DNA from: Ylistrum balloti
Taxonomy: Eukaryota
Assembly: GCF_031769215.1 (NCBI RefSeq)
Contig: NW_026782036.1
Location: 62,001 to 126,000 of the forward strand
Length of the DNA stretch: 64,000 nt
Direction: 5' to 3'
The translations under genes were made by a program, and so were the position numbers. Every line of letters begins with the position of its first letter. Within the stretch, counting starts at the first letter, position 1. Positions 38,315 through 50,900 of the stretch are shown piece by piece. The notes under the pieces are model-generated. The model ran no database searches. It was not told the DNA's origin and saw only the letters and a list, made by a program, of their open reading frames with translations.

Positions 38315-41300
38315 ATCGCTGGGAATGTAGTAAACACCAAAATAAATAAATGAACATTGTGGAGGATAATATAATCATTATATTAACATACCTATAAGTA
38401 CGTTGTGGGGAAAATTGTAGACATCAGTTTATCAATAAAGAAATATTATGGGGAATACTGGAGACAGCAAGTACGTATATATCTACATACACGTGTAAAT
38501 ACCGGGCGAAAACCAAACATCAGTATTTCAGAGATTCTGCCACGTTCATAGATCAATAGAGAATTTAATTAGAATATTGGGAGCTAGACAACTGACGGTC
38601 AGAGACTCAAAATCAAATGTTGTTGGCGTAACTATGATCCGTAGGATGGTTTTAACTATATTGTTACGCTATAAATATTACTTCTTTAAACAGACTGTAA
38701 TGCCAAGTATCGTTCATTCAATCTCTAATTTTCGAGTCGGTGTGGACATCTTGTAGCCTACGAGAGGGTAAATAAGTTCAAAGTATTTTATTTGTATCAT
38801 GTCTGATTTAATTCTGAGTTCAGCAGTTGATATAAACTTTCGTCACATATTTCCAGATGACGACCAGTGATACTCTAGAAGGATGTTTGTATATGCAGTA
38901 ATACTGAGTTGTGCTATGAATCAATAGCTGATTACCGAGAAGTCTACTGTCCATTTACCCATACAAAATAAAACGTCTAGACTCATTCTCCTATATCATA
39001 TTTAGTAGAGAAGACTCATCAGTTTATTTTTCATGAAGCTGATACTGCGACGCAGTGTTCTTCGTCTGTCTGTGTGTCATTCATCTCTTTCTTTGTTCTT
39101 CATTTGTGGTCCGTTCTTCTGTTCATTACATCACAGATATTAGTCAAGAACGTCTGCATGGAATTGATAAAATTTGGCATAAAACATCATTTCGTGAAGG
39201 GAATTTTGTATTAATCACTATCCATTAATTCAAAGTTTAGGAAATCTTTATTTCACAATTGCTGACGTAGGAGTTCGTATCCATGAGACTCCTATAGGCA
39301 CATTGACAAAGACTATGCAAAGCCTGCATATTTCCTAACTTCTGTGAACTTAGAATGTCATTATTATCAACCGAAGACCATTTACTCTGGACTGGAATAC
39401 TAAAAACTGATAAATATTCCGGAGTAGATATCTAGGATTAACTCGGGAACATAACGGGAATAGACAATGTACAATCAGAATTTATAGACTTTTGTAAAAT
39501 TGCGTTTATAGACTAATATTCGAAAAAGGATATGCACGTGATTGATGTAAAATAATATTCGTGTACATGTAACTCAAGCTGATCAGTAATTATTGATGCG
39601 TACAATAATGATTTTTGGGTCATTTGATTGTACAGACTAATACATGGAGGCTAGCAATATCTTTGGCCGTATATTGACCTCAAGCGCCATATGAAATGAC
39701 CAATCACTATCAAATGGCCACTGGCAGCTTTGACTGGAAAGGGAGTTCCACTTTGTCACTTTGTATTTATGATATAAGGGAGAAATATCGCCTACTACCG
39801 AATGTTATCAGCATGTCTATCCATGCTTTAGTATGCAAGTGATTCGAGTTACATTTCGGGTGTGTGACACTAAGTACTCTGTGGTCATTTAATTTGCACA
39901 TCTTAAACATTAAAATTAGCATGTTCGGCTCAATGTTTGAACACCTATTTGTTTACACATTTGTACAGGTATTTACGCTTCAGTTCCATGTAGTTGGTCT
40001 GTGTGACTCTGCGTAACACTGCATTTCTGCGCCCAATCATATCCTGTTTCTAGAGTAAATTGTTAATCTATTTCTTGAGTAAGTTGTATATGTACACAGA
40101 TCTATGTAGTTGATAAGTGTATAGTGAGCCTGTTTTAATGTTGATATCGATTTTTCGATATAATATTGTTTTCATACGGAAACTGTTGATTAAGTAGAAC
40201 CGTTGGTGATGCTGTTTTTGCCACATCAGAAGGAGCTATCAAACACCCTGACGCGCATATACCTACGTGTATTAGATGAATGATATATTGAAACTGTGCA
40301 CTATACGAACTCATGGCCTTGATTAACACTGGAACACATATCTATTAATAATCATCTGTTGTATTTACATAACAAATGACTCGCAAATCAATCAACTTGT
40401 GTTATTGTGATGCTATAACATATTATATGTATATTTCGTATACAAATTCTGTGATTAACGTTGTAGTTGTATTGGGTCACAAAATTCTACACGTGTTAAA
40501 TAGATATGTACTAGGTAACTAAGAATAGTAAATCTGTAAGTTATTACTGCTTGGCACGTGTATATGTTTTCTGTTGTTTTACTTAGTGCATGTTCTTGGC
40601 TCACTCACATCGGAAATCAAACAAAAAACGGGAAAAAAACGACATTGGATATGCTTCAATACACAGAGGCGTTTATACATATACGCTCGGGTATAATTAC
40701 GACAGGGAATTTAGATTTGAAACATTCGGATCAATAACATTACTGTATAAGATACGTTGTGTTGATACATTGATATTTTTTGATACAACGTGTCACAACT
40801 GATGACGGAAGACAATTTTTGGACTCGAGCTGCCTCCGGGCCAAGAACTCACGATCTACGGCACCATATCACCTAGCCAAACATTCTATAACGGGATACC
40901 CGTTACAACACCATTTTATCGCCAAAAGAAGATATTTGGAAGCTGTAATGATAAAGAGCTTTAAAATAGTATATACATTTATAATTCGACAGATCAGACC
41001 TTACATATACATAATGAATGTTGATCGATCGATATGCTTTCAAGGGCAGGTTGCCATCTTGTCTATACTCGTAAGAAATTATTTTATTTTTCATTTCACA
41101 TGTAATCCAAAGGAGAAGAGTTCTGTTGTATGGTCAGATGGCACAATCGTTACCCACTCTCCTTTTACACAGGCAGCTGATGTTTCGTACGTAGTTGGGG
41201 GGAGGGGGGAGGGCACCTGTTTTATTATGCGAGTTTTTTCCCAGGTTTAACATCAACGATATTTTTTTATAGATATTAGAAGTTTGATGTTGTTCACAAT

Positions 41301-43162
41301 ATGCCAATGTTAACCGATGTTTAACGTTAACCTTGTCCTGCTTTGGGAACAAGATAGAATTTAAATAAATAACATATGTTCGTTAAATAAAACGGAAGTG
41401 TGGATACTCCAGTGCAATTTTGCGCCTCATCTAAATCTGGTCTGGAAGATGTTGACAAGTTGTAGCTTGCAGAGAGATAATCTAGATAATTATAAAAGAA
41501 ATCACGGAACTATTTAAAAGTCTTATTACGATCTACAACGTAGAACTTGGTGAGTTCCCACAGACCCGACTTTAGAATGAAACATGTGGCTATGTATACT
41601 AATTAAACTTTCATGTCAAGTTATATTTGGTCTTGACTAATAAAAGGACCTTCCCTCGGGACATAATTCCAGGCTCATATATCCACATGACATCATTTTG
41701 TTTTATAAATATTTAACAACTTTAAAGCAAGCTATTGATGATAATTCTCTTTGTGTTGTAATGGAAAAGCTGTGATCTATTAGTAAAGCGCTAAACAAAG
41801 TCTGCTTTAGATCTACACGTTATGGTACATATACGTATGTGTAAAAATCCTTACTCTGTAGTATTTTCTAGGAATACATTTACTTTGTAGTTGACACAGG
41901 ACTATCGATTATATTAGATAATCATCGCAATCATGATTGGGTTCAGCCGATATCACTATAAACGTTCTTAACTTTTTTTCTTTTTTGTTTGTTTTGTAAA
42001 TTAACGTAATGATGAAATAGCAGGTACACAAAAATAGTTATAACTATCATGCTGTAATTGTATCATGTATTTGTTTGCAATATGAATGATGATTTAACTG
42101 GTGCCATTGAGTTTATACAAAAGGATGTTGTATTGTCTGGAGAGTTTCTATAAAATCCAGGTGTTGTACAGAAGTCTGTGGGTGATCACTAATCTTATCT
42201 TACCTATCCTATGTCTAGATTCTGAAAATGTGTATTTAGAACATAAATATACGATTTATTTTTAGACTCCTTAAATCTCATTACGGACCTGTTTTGAATA
42301 CAGGATATCTGAAAATCATTTGATCTTTATAAATAAAATTGGATAAACTTCAAGTCTGGCAAACGTTGCCAGCTGGTGAGTGTATTGAAGCATATAAAAC
42401 GAAACGCTAGGGATTTCTATTCCAGTTTCTGATACGGAAGGACATGTGCATCTAAGAAAAAATATTTCTTTATCGCCGGCAAGGCTTTGGATCAAAAGAT
42501 GGCTTATTATGAAATAAGACACTAAATTTATCAAATATTTCAATATGCGATGGTCGATACGTTATCTATGAAATAACAGGAAAACGGCATGTTCTTAAAA
42601 GAAATAAACTTGTTCAAATTGGGCGTAACTGGTTATATCGCAAACATATTACATATGAAAGCCTTTGTTCTTTAGATGTAAAATCAAATGAAGTCTTTTC
42701 TGAGCTTGTCCAGAATTCTTTATTGATGGCAAAATATTTTACTCAGATACAGGACAATATAAAGTGTCATTTGTCATTGTAAGGCCATTGCTATGCTTTG
42801 CATTTGTAAACTTATATTATAATGTTTATGCTAATGGAATTTCGGTGAGGTATTTATTAGGCACATGTCATGTTACATCAGACTTGAATCAGATGTGGAA
42901 GCGAAACTTACATGCAGACTGCAGAGAGACTAAAAACAGGAAAGAGGGCTTTATATTATCGTCTCCAAAGACAAAGAGGACAAACTGTCACGAATTTATC
43001 TTAGCTCTATAATGTCTCACAAAATATTAGGAAAGATCCAGATTTTTTATTGTCCATTGTTGACTATGAAAGAAATAAGTAATTTCAGTTGAATTCGCTT
43101 TATTTAAGGGGCAAACGTGATTTTCACATTTTTTTGATTAAAGGAAATTTATTGAAGTATAA

Positions 43163-43187
43163 TTTTGTTTTTCTTTTTTCTTTTCAG
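43163..43187 (+). promoter_or_regulatory. 3' splice acceptor of a 5'-UTR intron of the GPCR gene
   Basis: Polypyrimidine tract TTTTGTTTTTCTTTTTTCTTTTCAG, then GAAGCCAGC and the ATG at 43197. Confidence 0.85.
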
Positions 43188-43196
43188 GAAGCCAGC

Positions 43197-44432
43197 ATGA
43201 CGAATAACTCATCAATATATTACGACGTTTCGACGTTCTTTCCGTCACTGTTGAACCACACGGAGACCCCTGGAGATAATGGGACTCCCCCCAGCTCGGT
43301 GTGGGAAATATACAAACAACATTGTCCTGAGGCCACCATGATTGACAAATATCTTACGCCGTATGTTTACGTTGTCGGTTTCCCAGGAAATATTCTTGCT
43401 TTGGTGATCTGGCTTCAGAAAAGGATGCGAAACTCGTCCGGATATTATCTGGCTGCTCTGGCGTTGGCGGATTTAGTTTTTCTATTATTGCAGATAGTGT
43501 ATGAACTAAATGAGAAATGGGGTATTCGATGTTTGGACGTGGAATTCGTGTGTGAATTTTATCCCATCATATTCTTAACATCACAATATCTATCGCCATT
43601 GTTGGTATTAGCTTTTACAGTGGAAAGGTACATTTCAATATGCCATCCTTTTTCTAGAGAGAAATTCTGCACGACGAAAAGGGCAAAGATTGTCATTGCA
43701 TGTCTCTTTTCTTTTTCGTTTCTTATAAACGGAATACAAGGTTATTTTTGGCACTATGACAGTGGAGGACGCTGCAGCCTAAGAGCAGAAGTAGTGAGAA
43801 ATCATGAATCCTCATTTTGGTCTATTTGGACCTGGTGTGTTGAGGCACTCGTGTTTTTCCTTGTTCCTATTCTCATTCTTGTCTTCAATATCCTCGTAAT
43901 CGCGGAGGCGAAACGACTGTCGAAGTTTGAGAAGAACCAACTACAATCACGGACTACCAAGAACTCTGCCACAACTGTCATGTTGCTCGCTGTGTCATTT
44001 TACCAAATATTCACCACTTTGCCTGTCACAATTGTTGTGACTTTGTATTATAGTTTCCCTATTGGGGACCCAGCGAACTTGAATCCCCCTGATTCTATTT
44101 GGCAAAGACATTTCGACTATGTGTATATCAAGACAATAATCGAAGAGATCGGATTAACTCATTATGCTTGTAACTTCTACATTTACTGTGTAACCGGAAA
44201 GGTGTTTAGACAAGAGTTCAAAAGACTGTGGAGGTCGCTTGTGTGTCTCAAAATGAAATCGGCATTACCAAATTGGACCACAGAATACACAAGTCTGCGG
44301 GGTAGTTTGCGTAATAACCCAAAAAACCTAACAGTGCGCATGTCCAATGGTCACGCCAATGGACACAGCACAACGAGCAGTACGAACGGCGTCCAACCGA
44401 TGCTTTCTGAACCAACGGAAACAACATTGTGA
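43197..44432 (+). CDS. Class A (rhodopsin-like) 7TM GPCR, peptide-receptor type (FMRFamide / sex-peptide / GPR139-like group), 411 aa, single coding exon
   Basis: Seven hydrophobic segments. TM1 GFPGN, TM2 LALADL, Cys at the top of TM3 plus an ECL2 Cys, TM3 ERY, TM5 Pro, TM6 TTLP, TM7 NFYIY, helix 8 FRQEF, and N-terminal sequons (N3/N4, N20, N28). The track ORF starts at a TTG (43089) inside the intron. The true start is the ATG at 43197 (GCCAGCATG). Confidence 0.95.
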   Translation: MTNNSSIYYDVSTFFPSLLNHTETPGDNGTPPSSVWEIYKQHCPEATMIDKYLTPYVYVVGFPGNILALVIWLQKRMRNSSGYYLAALALADLVFLLLQIVYELNEKWGIRCLDVEFVCEFYPIIFLTSQYLSPLLVLAFTVERYISICHPFSREKFCTTKRAKIVIACLFSFSFLINGIQGYFWHYDSGGRCSLRAEVVRNHESSFWSIWTWCVEALVFFLVPILILVFNILVIAEAKRLSKFEKNQLQSRTTKNSATTVMLLAVSFYQIFTTLPVTIVVTLYYSFPIGDPANLNPPDSIWQRHFDYVYIKTIIEEIGLTHYACNFYIYCVTGKVFRQEFKRLWRSLVCLKMKSALPNWTTEYTSLRGSLRNNPKNLTVRMSNGHANGHSTTSSTNGVQPMLSEPTETTL

Positions 44433-44939
44433 ACTATGACACGATAAACTATTTGTGCGTATTTTCTAATATCAATAATAATGTTCTAACATTGTCTTAA
44501 GATATCATGTGACGTCATTCGTGTTTAATGAAAATATAATGAGTACATGTTACAAGATATAAATATACACATATATGTACATGCTGTGGTCACCCTTCAT
44601 GATATTTAAACAGATAGATTGCAGTAATGTTTACCAGATATTCCAGAATGAAAATAACTTTTATTGAAGTTGGAAGTATGTATATCAGTTGGAATTCCAG
44701 CCACAATATTAACGGTTATCTTTAGTTTAAATTACATTTAAGGAAGTAAAACATAAACAAATGAAAATAGATTTTATACATGTCAACGTGTTCAAAATAT
44801 TTCAATACATAAAAAAAAGAAATTGGTAAAGTCAATTCAAACTTTTAAAAGAATGGACGCCCTATAGTCATTTTTTTAGGAAATTTTAACATCAACTTCT
44901 TTTTCTGAAAATTACCGTTTGAAAAAATCTGAAGTGTTA

Positions 44940-44945
44940 AATAAA
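44940..44945 (+). terminator. First canonical AATAAA after the GPCR stop (candidate polyadenylation signal); more follow near 45147-45160
   Basis: Position only. AATAAA is common in AT-rich DNA. Confidence 0.25.
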
Positions 44946-47900
44946 CTTCGTATTCACGGATAATAATGTAGTGATACGTTCTCATTTCTCTGTTGTTAAG
45001 TTTTTTCCTCACAAATTATTCGCATTTGGTAAATGCCAGATGCAGAAACCAAGGTTCGTGGAGATGTTTTTTTGTTATATATTTATTCATCAAGTAATCG
45101 TCAATGTGACAAGAAAATTTTAATTATTTTTAGAAGAAAAAAAAAAATAAATAAATAAAATACAAAGAGGTTGGTGTCTTTCATAATATAGTGATACATT
45201 AAATCGTGAAATATATTTTATTTTTTCCATAGTTCTTTTATTCCCACTCAAAGTTTAATATATTTCATACAAATCAAAAGATAAAACGTACATAATTCCT
45301 GGAATTCATCATACGTCATAGTTTATAAAGGATGTTCATTTGAAAGTCATTGACTAGACAGGTTAAATAATGGATGCTAGATATTAACTCATGTTTTTTT
45401 TCTTAATATCTGTATTCATTTTCTATCGTGATATTAAGACATCGTATCTTTTAAGAATATGTCCATTTTTCTTTCGTCTTAAATATTCCAAACGATTTCA
45501 TTATCGTTTTGTTTTGTCATTTGATATTGTGTACGAATTTTATCTGCTTGGCAAAATCATTGTTAGAGTCCAACGTGCGCTAGTATTGATGTTCATGGCC
45601 GAATTTTCCGTATTTGATAATTGTGTAACATAAAACATATAAACTAAATGTGTATGATTGAAATATATTTTGTAACATCCTGATAAACCGTACATGTGTA
45701 TATTCCATGTGATTAGAAGAAAAAAATTCTTTTGAATCAGATTTTAAATCTAATTCCTAGTTATAATGAACATTTGTTGTGAGAACGATGCTTACTTCAC
45801 TGCTAATGCTTTTCTGTTTCTATCTCCTAAATTTCCGTTCAAACTGTAGAGGAAACGGTCCCTGTTAATCGTAGTTATAACAGAAACGATCCCAAAGAGT
45901 TCCTGGGTGAAAAATCTATTTTTTTTACTGATAATTGGCATCACATGTATATGTTGAAAGCTTCTGATTCATTTGACATTTAATATCTATTTAAAAAGCT
46001 TGACCATTTGATATTGACGGTCGATAATCCAACAATAATGTGTATATACAGTATATGCATGTTTACTGGATCCAAAGTTAAGATCAAGAAACTGTCTCGA
46101 TGACAATTATCTTACTATTGCTTAACAAATACAGAGGTCATCATTTCATTTCAGTTAGGTTTGCAATCAAAGTGACTGTTAATTGAAACATCGTTTAAAC
46201 TGGCTGTTGCTGTTAAATACATGATGATTGGATGCATATAAAAGCTAATTTGAATAGTAAGGTTACTTCCCTTTTTGCCTTTTTTCCGTTACTGATTTCC
46301 TGATACTGTATACCAACATCGACTGGTATATCGCATGCTAAAACTTTGGAATTCTTTTCAGACGGTTTTACTTTAACATATGTTTATCAAATGTTTACTA
46401 CATAATATAGTACTACATCAATATCAGCGTAGAAAGCTCACCGGTGATTTTCAGTAGGTGCTTCAGAATTCTAGAATGGTTTCAAAAACATTGTGTATTT
46501 ACATTGTGTCAAACTGTGTATCGTTACCTGAAAGTTATAGTGATTTTCAAGTGCCTTTTATCTTAGTCTTAAAACAAATGTGGAACTCAACCATATCCTA
46601 CCGACGCTACATATTCTACAAAACATTTGATAGTATTTGTCTTTCACATTCAGTTCACATAATGAGAAAAAAACTCTTTAAAGATAAATATCTGCTTCGA
46701 ACAATAATGATAAAAAAATAGAATGTCTTTATAATTATCAGGTATTTTAAAAGGTGTATCTGTACAAACAGACAATATTCCTTCTTAAATTCTAGAGCTG
46801 TTAAGTTGAACTTACATATAAATAACAGGAATTATACGCAAAACAGAAAAGCAAGCAATGCATTATTAATTTGCTACAACATTTCAGTTTGCTCGGCATA
46901 ATTTTTTCAAGAAAGCTTATGGACCTATATATTGAAAATGTATGTCAAAAAAGGCATGTTTTGTTATTAGTATATTGGTCCAGGTGTTCAGATGTTCAGA
47001 TAAAGGCAGTTCTGTTTTACAGGATATTTTTAATCGGGAGTGTTAAAGTTTGCAAAATGATATTATATAATTTACGTGCTACCAGAATAATTCCACTTGA
47101 AGATTCGAAAGAACACACCAATACAAATGTAATAAGTGTTTTTTTCAAATGAAAGCCGATAAGCCACACTTATTTAAAAGATTCATACTTTCAATATATA
47201 AAGGGGTTTGTTAAATATTGATTTATAACTAAATAACTCGCCAGTTTAGTATGTTTTAAACAAGAATTCGCCAAAAGTCTGTAATATCTCTAACGCTGAA
47301 TTATATACAAATAAACACAAGCATGCGTATTTGTAATTTTAGAAATATGCCATATTGCAAATTAATCATTCTCCTAAATATGGTAATAAATCTATATCTG
47401 CTTTATGTCAATTATTTGCGTATTCACACCAAACTATACATAGCTCGCAAAAATGTGCCTCGTTTTCTGTAAGTAAGAAGTGATCTGTACATATAGCAAC
47501 GCTCTGTACATGCACCGTAATTTATTACGTTATGGAGTTAATCGTTGATGAATGTTTTCCTCGCCCTATATACACGGAGGAAAATTACTAATATCCATCT
47601 AATAATTGTACTTACCTGTGTATGCATTTGTTCATCAGTTACAGACTATATAAAATAACTATTAACTTTGTGAGTATGGATTTGTTATTTGTTGGTAGCT
47701 CATCAATAAAACAAATTACTAAATTTGTTCACATTGAGAATAGTACATTGTTGAAAAATATGTCACATTAAACGCTTGCAGTTTCATATCTTATTTATCA
47801 TTCTTAATAGAAGAATCATTTCGGGCCAACGGTATCTACAACTTGAAGAGACTGTCTGATGTTCGTTTGATTCTAAAGTTCTCAATTAATCAGATTTTGT

Positions 47901-50900
47901 CAAATAGTAAATGCATACTTTTATCTAAAAAAGAAAAGGAAATTTTAATTTACTGACAGCAATTACGTGTAAATGGAAAGATTATATTTTCATTTCTACT
48001 GGAATGCAGTCGTATACTTATATACAGGCGCGCATCGGAATATATAATTATATATATAGTCAATTTGACACCACCTTCAATTACATTACCAATATAGGTT
48101 ATAAACAGGTTCTCGAAACAAGATACATGCTAGTGTTATATTTCACATAATACAAACCAATGTATACAAGTCTATCCGGGGCTCTCAAATTCATGTATGG
48201 AAAAAACACGGAAGTCTATCCAGTTTCAACATGTTGGCCCAAGTATGAATCACTCGTATTTACATTTGAAAGTACAAATAAAAAGAGGTAAAATTAAGGT
48301 ATATGTCATAACCTTATGCAATATTTACCAAGGGAAAATGCTAAATTAGGGGTTTTCCTGAAGTTTAGGACTGCAGCATGATGTGTGTTGTAGTGAGGGC
48401 AAGGTTATATTGCATCTAAAGCTAAATGTAATTGTTTCACTTATCACATTACAGACATGTATGAATTATAACAATATCATTCGATGTCGATTTAAAAAAA
48501 ATTCTCTTTCACACAAACTTCTTTCACAGTTTCACCACTGTGCTTGCAAACATCCATCTTCATATAAATTAGAAAAACATTATCCAGTTTATACTTTTTA
48601 TCAATGCATACTAAATTAACTCAAACGTTTCTACAAATACTTCTTTCTTTTATCACTTTCGCAAGCAGTTTATCTCTCTCCCCAGTTTCGTTTGCATCTC
48701 CTTCATCTTTTGGATTTCTTAGCATTTATGCCTATTGAACAAATTCGAGGAAAATATTACAATATACCATTACATGATTAAATATGTTTATCGTCTTACA
48801 ACATAAACAAGAAATCATGATGTATAAATATTCATTACATATTCTGTAGTATAGTAATAATGTTCATTATGAATATATATTTCAATTGATTATCTTATGT
48901 TTGTCGAGTACGAATATGAAAGAACAGTGTCGTTAAATAGGATTTGGTGAAGAGAAAATAGCATGTAGATGGACTGGAGTTTTCTTCGGGTAATGTTAGT
49001 GTTGTACTTGTGAATTTCCCCTAATGGTTTGGTTCTGTTGATGTTTGAAAAGTTCTACTGCAGATTTTATAAGTAGTTTAAAAATAGATTTGACAATGTA
49101 CGATATTTGTGCTCAATTAGCGTTAGCAAATTTATTAAAGCAAATGTTTCGATGAAAAAAAGTAAACATATTTTGCAACCATCGTTAAAAGACGACTGAC
49201 AAATTGTTGTAGTGTTGAATAAATGCTGGCGGGAGACGTTTTAAAGATTTAAAAAAATCAAAATAATGAAATTACTATCAGTTTTTTTAATGTTTTCAAT
49301 CAACATCAAGCCCGGATTTTCAATTTGCAAGAATCGATTGAGATTAAAGCAATATAACATTATGTCTGTCGTTCTCTCCAATGCCGAGTCCCTTTAATCT
49401 TGTTTCAGTTACTTTTTTTTCGATAAGTAACTGTAATGGGTGTTATGTGAATTCTGTCTGGTTACTCGTGTTGATTGTTGTTTGATTCCTTTTTCATTTT
49501 TACTATTATGACAATCTGGTATTCTCGTGTTTGTTCAGTATTACCGTATACATATTTTGTGTGCGCTTTTCAAAGAGTCCATTCTTTACACGATTTCATT
49601 GCAAGTTACAACGGTGTTGACGCTATATTACATTAAAACATAGCTTACTCTTTCTCTCTGGGTCCTTGTCTTTTTTGTGTATGGTTATACATCCACACAC
49701 AGTAGTTTAGAGAAGATTGAATGGGATGCTACATATTGCCTCTTCAATGAACGTATTACATAACTCTGTGGTTATAGACCAATTTCATTGTCTAGCCACA
49801 GTAAATAATTACCAGAAAATGAAAATAAATACCCGCATACAAGTCGAACTCCAGACAATGATGATGCGGGTGTGACCAAGAGTGAAGAATTGGATCAACG
49901 TGTGTTAAGTAGTTTCTTTCAATGTCTGAAGGTCACTCAAGCTTAGCTTTGTATATAACAAGACATATAGAGTAATTCAGATGTCGGAAAATTAATCACA
50001 CATGATAATATTTTTCTCCTACGTCTTTAACAATATAACTCTCGTGATATTTAGGCTGAAAATATTGACAAAGATACGAAAAGAATAATGTATCAATGCA
50101 GAATATGAAAGAGTTTTTCTAAAAGAATTTCATGAGTACGTGTATTTTGAAAAGATAATCATTGGAAGTATAAACATACCCACGGTAACGTCGAAAAAGG
50201 CAGTCATCTTTCTTAACACACTTTGCATATAAACATATATTTATCTTTTGCTCACATCAATAACGGTAACCTATTTACGGAGTTCATATAAGTTCTGAAC
50301 ATCAAGAAATGATTCGTAACTATAAAGACATGACTCCCCGAAATAAAAGCGATGAAAGGATATCAGAACGAGAAATACCTGATGATAACAATTGAACAAA
50401 TTAAACTTAATCTACTCTTTCCACCCATCCTCCATCAAATCATTCGCTCTGTTCAGATTAAAGAATTAAGTATATACAATTTGGTTCTTTTTATTCATTA
50501 ATGCCTTTAGTGCTATTTTAAGTCTGTCACTGAAACAGCGACATGTTATATTATACAATTCAGTGATTGTTACACTATCAATATGAAGCCAAAGCTTGTT
50601 CAACCGTGAACAATCTATAGATGAAAAATTAATCTGAACCTCCTGAGATCTCCAGAATCTGGCTATGATCCAATTGTCTTATTACGGAACAAACAATGAG
50701 GTTAAACGGAAGTATTGTCATATGCTCGTACATGAAGGAAACAGTTTCGATGTTCTGTAAACATCTTGTCTCGTACGACGGAGTCTGATGAAGATATGAA
50801 GGGGGAAATAATCAAGTCGTAAACTAAACAACAGTCCGACGTCACAATGTGACACGTAACGAGACACGCCATATTGATTAACATCCAAGATTACCCTTTG

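Noticed and set aside
40780-41250. 156-aa ORF, the second-longest non-repeat ORF
   Set aside because: TTG start, no recognisable motif, and composition like AT-rich non-coding DNA.
43089-43196. N-terminal 36-aa extension of the GPCR in the ORF track
   Set aside because: It starts at TTG and runs through the intron's polypyrimidine tract and AG acceptor.
48630-48730. Short protein-like minus-strand frame (MLRNPKDEGDANETGERDKLLAKVIKERSICRNV)
   Set aside because: Only 34 codons, with no motif or splice support.
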